64,000 bases of DNA from Bacillus thermozeamaize (GTDB taxonomy: Bacteria > Bacillota > Bacilli > ZCTH02-B2), in contig LZRT01000060.1 of NCBI GenBank assembly GCA_002159075.1, positions 3,475-67,474 of the forward strand. Direction: 5' to 3'. The translations under genes and the position numbers were made by a program. Under the pieces are notes generated by a model. It was given only the letters and a program-made list of their open reading frames with translations. It searched no databases and was not told the DNA's origin. The stretch's first letter is position 1, and every line of letters starts with the position of its first letter. Shown one piece after another: positions 58,501 through 64,000 of this stretch.

Positions 58501-61397
58501 GTTACCGTCACCATAAAAGCGTTTGTAGCTTACCTATGAGGGATTGAAACAAGCTTAGCAATCAGTCCATCGTGATCCTAGCTGAAGTTTGTAGCTTACC
58601 TATGAGGGATTGAAACCGTCCGCGCATACATACCTGTCAGCAAGCATCTCTTTCGTTTGTAGCTTACCTATGAGGGATTGAAACATCCGATCAACACCAG
58701 TTATGTCGTCAAGCAATTTTGGTTTGTAGCTTACCTATGAGGGATTGAAACTTAGAGTCGGGGCTCCCGTCGTAGCATGCCCTTGCTGGTTTGTAGCTTA
58801 CCTATGAGGGATTGAAACGCATTGGCTTCAGCTATGGATCTTTGCTGATCCGCATAGTTTGTAGCTTACCTATGAGGGATTGAAACATCCTGATCAACAC
58901 CAGTATAGTCGTCAGCAATGTATTGGTTTGTAGCTTACCTATGAGGGATTGAAACAAGAGCAACCATTTCCTCAATGGTTTGCAACAATGGAGTTTGTAG
59001 CTTACCTATGAGGGATTGAAACGCTTGGTCAATGCCTCTCTAAGAGCCTGAAACGTCTTCGTTTGTAGCTTACCTATGAGGGATTGAAACAAGGAATCAA
59101 TGCCCGTTTGGTTGATTTAAAGAACGGTTTGTAGCTTACCTATGAGGGATTGAAACCTCGGTCAAGGAATTCCCTTTGTCTGCTTGTTCATCCGGTTTGT
59201 AGCTTACCTATGAGGGATTGAAACGTGGATGAATAGTATTCGTGATCAGGTGGTGGTTAACGTTTGTAGCTTACCTATGAGGGATTGAAACTAAGGTTCA
59301 CCACCATATTCAAACCACTCCGTGATCCGGTTTGTAGCTTACCTATGAGGGATTGAAACGCTCAGCTTCCATGTCGATTGAAACGTTGACTGTTTATGTT
59401 TGTAGCTTACCTATGAGGGATTGAAACTGCGCCTATACCTACGACGAAGCTGTGAAAACCCTCGGTTTGTAGCTTACCTATGAGGGATTGAAACGAAATA
59501 TTTGGGGCAGACGCTTGGACAAGCAGGGGGGGGTTTGTAGCTTACCTATGAGGGATTGAAACGGGGTGGCCTTATGGTTGACCCTGAAGGATTCAAAAGT
59601 TTGTAGCTTACCTATGAGGGATTGAAACGATTCGTTCGCGCCGATAGGTAGCAGGTAGTCCCAGTTTGTAGCTTACCTATGAGGGATTGAAACAAGAACC
59701 TCGCAAGCCGTGACCCTTCCAGCTACTGTTAGTTTGTAGCTTACCTATGAGGGATTGAAACAGAATTTCTGAGATTTTCAATGCTGTTAATATACGGGTT
59801 TGTAGCTTACCTATGAGGGATTGAAACCGGCAGAGAAACGAGCTTGCCTACCGTCACGAGTACCGTTTGTAGCTTACCTATGAGGGATTGAAACATAATG
59901 GTATTATAAAATATGTCTAAGTTTCTTGTGGGAGTTTGTAGCTTACCTATGAGGGATTGAAACTAATATCACATTTTACGGGCATATGCCCGTTTTTTGT
60001 TTGTAGCTTACCTATGAGGGATTGAAACGTTTATCAGTTGATAAGGCATATGCATTACGTGGACTGTTTGTAGCTTACCTATGAGGGATTGAAACATCTT
60101 CATAGTCCAACTCAACAAAATTTGGAGCGTGTTTGTAGCTTACCTATGAGGGATTGAAACCCGCCTTGAATATTTCTTTGTAGGTTTTTGCGACAGTTTG
60201 TAGCTTACCTATGAGGGATTGAAACACGTATTTAAGCAACCTTTGTGCAACATGTTTCAATTCATGTTTGTAGCTTACCTATGAGGGATTGAAACACGTA
60301 TTTAAGCAACCTTTGTGCAACATGTTTCAATTCATGTTTGTAGCTTACCTATGAGGGATTGAAACACAAACATATCTAGCAAAAGTGCAACCATATCCAG
60401 TGTTTGTAGCTTACCTATGAGGGATTGAAACCTACATACACCACTTCTTCAAACACATCATCCATGTGTTTGTAGCTTACCTATGAGGGATTGAAACATG
60501 TCGTAGACAACCCTTCGACTAACATCAAGCTGTTGGTTTGTAGCTTACCTATGAGGGATTGAAACAAGTCAGAGCGACATGAGGGATATACCGTTCATTG
60601 GGTTTGTAGCTTACCTATGAGGGATTGAAACGATTATGTCCGTGATCAACCATCTCTTGTGGCTTTTAGTTTGTAGCTTACCTATGAGGGATTGAAACCA
60701 CTGAGTTTTCGGAAGTTGAAGGCGGAATGTACGGTGGTTTGTAGCTTACCTATGAGGGATTGAAACGAACAACATGGGCCTGATTCTGTTAGTTGTTCCT
60801 CTCCGGTTTGTAGCTTACCTATGAGGGATTGAAACTGTTTCCTGTACCTAATCCTAATCCTGTTCCGCAGCGTTTGTAGCTTACCTATGAGGGATTGAAA
60901 CGCCGGAACCGGGCCCGGAACCATATCCGGAACCTGTGCGTTTGTAGCTTACCTATGAGGGATTGAAACTACTTCCTATCCCATACCCTGAATTTCATCT
61001 CCCTCGTTTGTAGCTTACCTATGAGGGATTGAAACGTGACGGCTGGAGATGGTTCTGTAGAGGTACATAAAAGTTTGTAGCTTACCTATGAGGGATTGAA
61101 ACATATAGCTCCTGCATCCCCTTCCAGAGCACTGCGAGTTTGTAGCTTACCTATGAGGGATTGAAACACATGGTGGTGTTGGACGAGCTGTCGTCATTCA
61201 AAAGTTTGTAGCTTACCTATGAGGGATTGAAACCCGCATCCCTGAACAAGTGCGCGTCACCCAACGCAGGTTTGTAGCTTACCTATGAGGGATTGAAACC
61301 GGTCCGAACAGCCTCTTCAAAACCGACGCCAGTCAGTTTGTAGCTTACCTATGAGGGATTGAAACATGGTGTGATTGGTCACCGGAGCGCGGGTGTG

Positions 61398-62962
61398 AGT
61401 TGAGTCCGTATAATTGTGTAAAATTGGATCCTCTCTGTAAAAAAAGAGAGCCATTTTCAATTCCCCTCGGTTAGAATGTAGTTGACCTGACAACATTCCA
61501 AGGAGAGGGGAATTTGAAATGGCTCAATATCAGATTACCGTAGATTCGCAACTGTTGCATCAACTTTTTCTTAGTAACTCGCAGGATGCGGGAGTAACCA
61601 AGCTGCTGGAATCCGTATTGAACCAAGTGTTGCAAGCCCAGGCAACGGAACAGTTGGGGGCAGAGCCCTACGAACGGACGGAAGGACGCCAAGGATATCG
61701 AAACGGGACGTATCCGCACCAATTAACCACTCGTGTTGGCACCATTACGCTTCGTGTTCCCCGAATTCGTAACGGAAAGTTCTCAACGGAGTTGTTTGCC
61801 CGTTACCAACGCAGCGAACAAGCTCTGGTATTGGCTTTGATGGAGATGGTGGTCAACGGAGTGTCGACTCGAAAAGTGGCCCAGATCACGGAAGAGTTAT
61901 GCGGTACGGAGTTTTCGAAATCCACGGTGTCGGAATTGTGCAAGCGTCTCGATCCTGTCGTGACGGCCTGGAACAACCGTCCGCTTCATGACAACCCGTT
62001 TCCCTTTGTCATCGTTGATGCGCTGGTACTCAAAGTGCGGGAAGAAAGTCGAGTGCGGTCCCGAGGCGCTCTTATCGGGATTGGTGTCAACACCGACGGA
62101 TATCGCGAGGTATTGGGCTTGATGCTTGGCGACAGCGAGTCGGAAGCCAGTTGGAGTGAATTTTTTGGCTGGCTGAAAAGCCGCGGGCTTCGAGGCGTCG
62201 ATCTGATTGTGTCGGATGACCACGGAGGATTGGTTCGAGCCATCCGCAGGAACTTTCAAGGCGTCACCTGGCAGCGGTGCCAGACACACTTCCTGCGCAA
62301 TATTCTGGATGCCACGCCGAAAGCGCTGCAGGATGAGGTACATAGCCGGGTACGAGCCATTTTGGATGCACCTGATCACGATACGGCACGGCTGCTCCTG
62401 AATCAGGTACTGGAGGCATACGAAACGAAAGCTCCGAAAGCCATGGCAGTCCTGGAAGCTGGTTTTGAAGACGCGACGGCGGTCTTGCTTTTGCCGGAAA
62501 AGTATCGCAAGCGACTCCGTACCACCAATGCTCTGGAGCGCCTGAATGAGGAAATCCGCCGCCGTGAACGGGTGATTCGGATCTTTCCGAATCGTGAATC
62601 GGCCATACGTCTGATCGGTGCATTGCTCATGGAAATCGATGAGAAATGGGCAAGCGGCAGAAAGTATTTGGATATGGGTGAATATCTGGAGTGGCGCGAA
62701 TCACAGGTCACCAACATGAGTGCCAAAGTCACGCGTATCGGCTAACGGACGTCTATCGCAGCCTGTCAAAGCCGCGAAGCGTTCCATTTGGCCTTGACAG
62801 GCAATTGCTCAACACACTATAACTGCCCAGCAATCCTTTGCTGGGCATGCCACACGGCGAGTGACGGGGAGCAGGGGGCGTGCTTCCTGCGTCTCCCCCT
62901 TCGGGGGAAGGAATGAGGTATTCTAACCGAGGGCGAATTTACACACAAATATGGACTTGATC
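61398..62962 (+). mobile_element. IS256-family insertion sequence inside a CRISPR spacer
   Basis: Imperfect terminal inverted repeats: left AGTTGAGTCCGTATAATTGTGTAAAATT, right reverse-complement GATCAAGTCCATATTTGTGTGTAAATT. An 8-bp direct duplication CGGGTGTG flanks it at 61390-61397 and 62963-62970. Removing the IS and one duplicate restores a 37-nt spacer. Confidence 0.85.
61519..62745 (+). CDS. IS256-family (Mutator-type) transposase
   Basis: 408 aa with typical IS256 transposase sequence (RQGYRNGTYPHQLTTRVGTITLRVPRIRNGKFSTELF...VSDDHGGLVRAI...WQRCQTHFLRNIL). Confidence 0.93.
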   Translation: MAQYQITVDSQLLHQLFLSNSQDAGVTKLLESVLNQVLQAQATEQLGAEPYERTEGRQGYRNGTYPHQLTTRVGTITLRVPRIRNGKFSTELFARYQRSEQALVLALMEMVVNGVSTRKVAQITEELCGTEFSKSTVSELCKRLDPVVTAWNNRPLHDNPFPFVIVDALVLKVREESRVRSRGALIGIGVNTDGYREVLGLMLGDSESEASWSEFFGWLKSRGLRGVDLIVSDDHGGLVRAIRRNFQGVTWQRCQTHFLRNILDATPKALQDEVHSRVRAILDAPDHDTARLLLNQVLEAYETKAPKAMAVLEAGFEDATAVLLLPEKYRKRLRTTNALERLNEEIRRRERVIRIFPNRESAIRLIGALLMEIDEKWASGRKYLDMGEYLEWRESQVTNMSAKVTRIG

Positions 62963-63581
62963 CGGGTGTGTGCGAGTTTGTAGCTTACCTATGAGGGATT
63001 GAAACGTTGAATGTATAAACATTCAATCGTTAACTTTATCAAGTTTGTAGCTTACCTATGAGGGATTGAAACCTTGCGACAATTTGGCGAAACAACCGGT
63101 CAGCTTCGTTTGTAGCTTACCTATGAGGGATTGAAACCGATTTCTTCCGGTCTCATTATTATCACCCCCTTCGTTTGTAGCTTACCTATGAGGGATTGAA
63201 ACTGAGTATGCCATATCCCTTCTGAGGGCGGTGGGATGAGTTTGTAGCTTACCTATGAGGGATTGAAACGAACAGCATCAAAAGGTTAATCGAAGAAAGA
63301 ATGAGGTTTGTAGCTTACCTATGAGGGATTGAAACACGCTGGCGCAGGCCGCCGAAAAATTTGGGATCCACCGTTTGTAGCTTACCTATGAGGGATTGAA
63401 ACTTGGAATTCAAAGTCACCACGGGATTCAGGAATTGAGTTTGTAACCTACCTGTAAGGGATTGAAACTTGATCTTGCTCTTTTAGTTTTCGAACCGATT
63501 TTTTTGTTTCCGATCCTATCTGTGAGTGTTGCCAGCGGTTGCAAATGACAAAAATACTATCCAAAAGAAGGTGTAAACATC

Positions 63582-64000
63582 CGTGTCCATTTCCGGTTTG
63601 TCTTTTTTCTGTTCCTGGAGCGGCGGGAAAGATTCCGCGTTGGCGCTTTACCATGCCTTGCGCGACAATGGAAAGGCGCGCTTTCTTTTCACCATGCTTC
63701 ATGAGGATGGGCTTCGTTCACGTTCCCATGGCTTGCCCGTGTTACTCTTGGAAAAACAGGCACAAAGCTTGAACATTCCTTTGGTGACCAGAGCCGCCTC
63801 ATGGAATGATTACGAAAAGGTTTTTACGGAAGAATTGCACCGCTTTAAAAAGTTGGGTGTACAGGCGGGAGTCTTTGGAGACATCGACCTGGAGGAGCAC
63901 CGATTGTGGGAGGAGAAGGTGTGCCAGGCGGCATCCCTTTCAGCTTGTTTGCCCTTATGGCAGCGCCCGCGGCGGGAACTGGCTGAAGAATTTATCGATC
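63582..64000 (+). CDS. PP-loop ATP pyrophosphatase (MJ0570/Dph6-related), 3'-partial
   Basis: This frame is not in the ORF track because it runs off the window. GTG at 63582 follows AGAAGGTG. It translates as VSISGLSFFCSWSGGKDSALALYHA...GVFGDIDLEEHRLWEEKVC, with the SGGKDS PP-loop and the overall pattern of the diphthine-ammonia-ligase-like family. Confidence 0.6.

Larger units (their letters stand above)
55575..63468 (+). CRISPR. CRISPR array, 95 repeats / 94 spacers, interrupted by an IS element
   Basis: 30-nt repeat GTTTGTAGCTTACCTATGAGGGATTGAAAC. I counted 87 copies from 55575 to 61365 and 8 copies from 62976 to 63468. Spacers are about 35-40 nt. The repeat is invariant by eye except the last copy GTTTGTAACCTACCTGTAAGGGATTGAAAC (63439-63468). 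The ATTGAAAC 3' end and degenerate distal repeat indicate plus-strand transcription. Confidence 0.98.

Noticed and set aside
63539-63772. 77-aa ORF just after the array
   Set aside because: It is Cys/Pro-rich and has no start context. A different frame, open to the window end, encodes a PP-loop (SGGKDS) protein and better explains the region.

Overview
This 64-kb window looks like a moderately GC-rich Bacillales-type Firmicute chromosome. That assignment is an inference from gene content (Fnr with a C-terminal Cys cluster, a lipoprotein solute-binding protein, strong GGAGG-type RBSs). Positions 1-36.3 kb are ordinary chromosome. They hold a compact clade-II (Sec-type) nitrous-oxide reductase cluster, nosC-nosZ-nosB-like-nosD-nosY-nosF, followed by a radical SAM/SPASM gene. 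Both the nos operon and the radical SAM gene are preceded by Crp/Fnr-type boxes at class-II promoter spacing, and an fnr-like regulator lies next door. The rest of this part encodes glxK, an acyl-CoA ligase, an MCP, an amidase, an MFS transporter, pabB-pabC, a livHMGF-plus-SBP transporter, galU, an MBL hydrolase, an SDR, menA, mnmA, a VOC gene with an in-frame TAG, an SRPBCC protein, a YhdH-type reductase, a large acyl-CoA dehydrogenase and qor. Positions 36.3-63.5 kb are a defence island that looks more AT-rich by eye. It contains a decayed Uma2 nuclease gene and a RelE-type toxin-antitoxin pair. It also contains a four-gene R-M-like module on the minus strand: a DUF499 ATPase, a small protein, a DUF1156 methyltransferase and a PLD-SNF2 helicase. 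Divergent from that module is a translationally coupled three-gene operon (REase-fold protein, XPD/DinG-like helicase, Argonaute-like pPIWI-RE protein). This operon runs, on the same strand, into the leader of a 95-repeat CRISPR array with repeat GTTTGTAGCTTACCTATGAGGGATTGAAAC. No cas gene is present anywhere in the window, and an IS256-family element sits inside one spacer. The most interesting signal is this physical and directional coupling of a pPIWI-RE system to a giant cas-less array, back-to-back with the DUF499/DUF1156 module.
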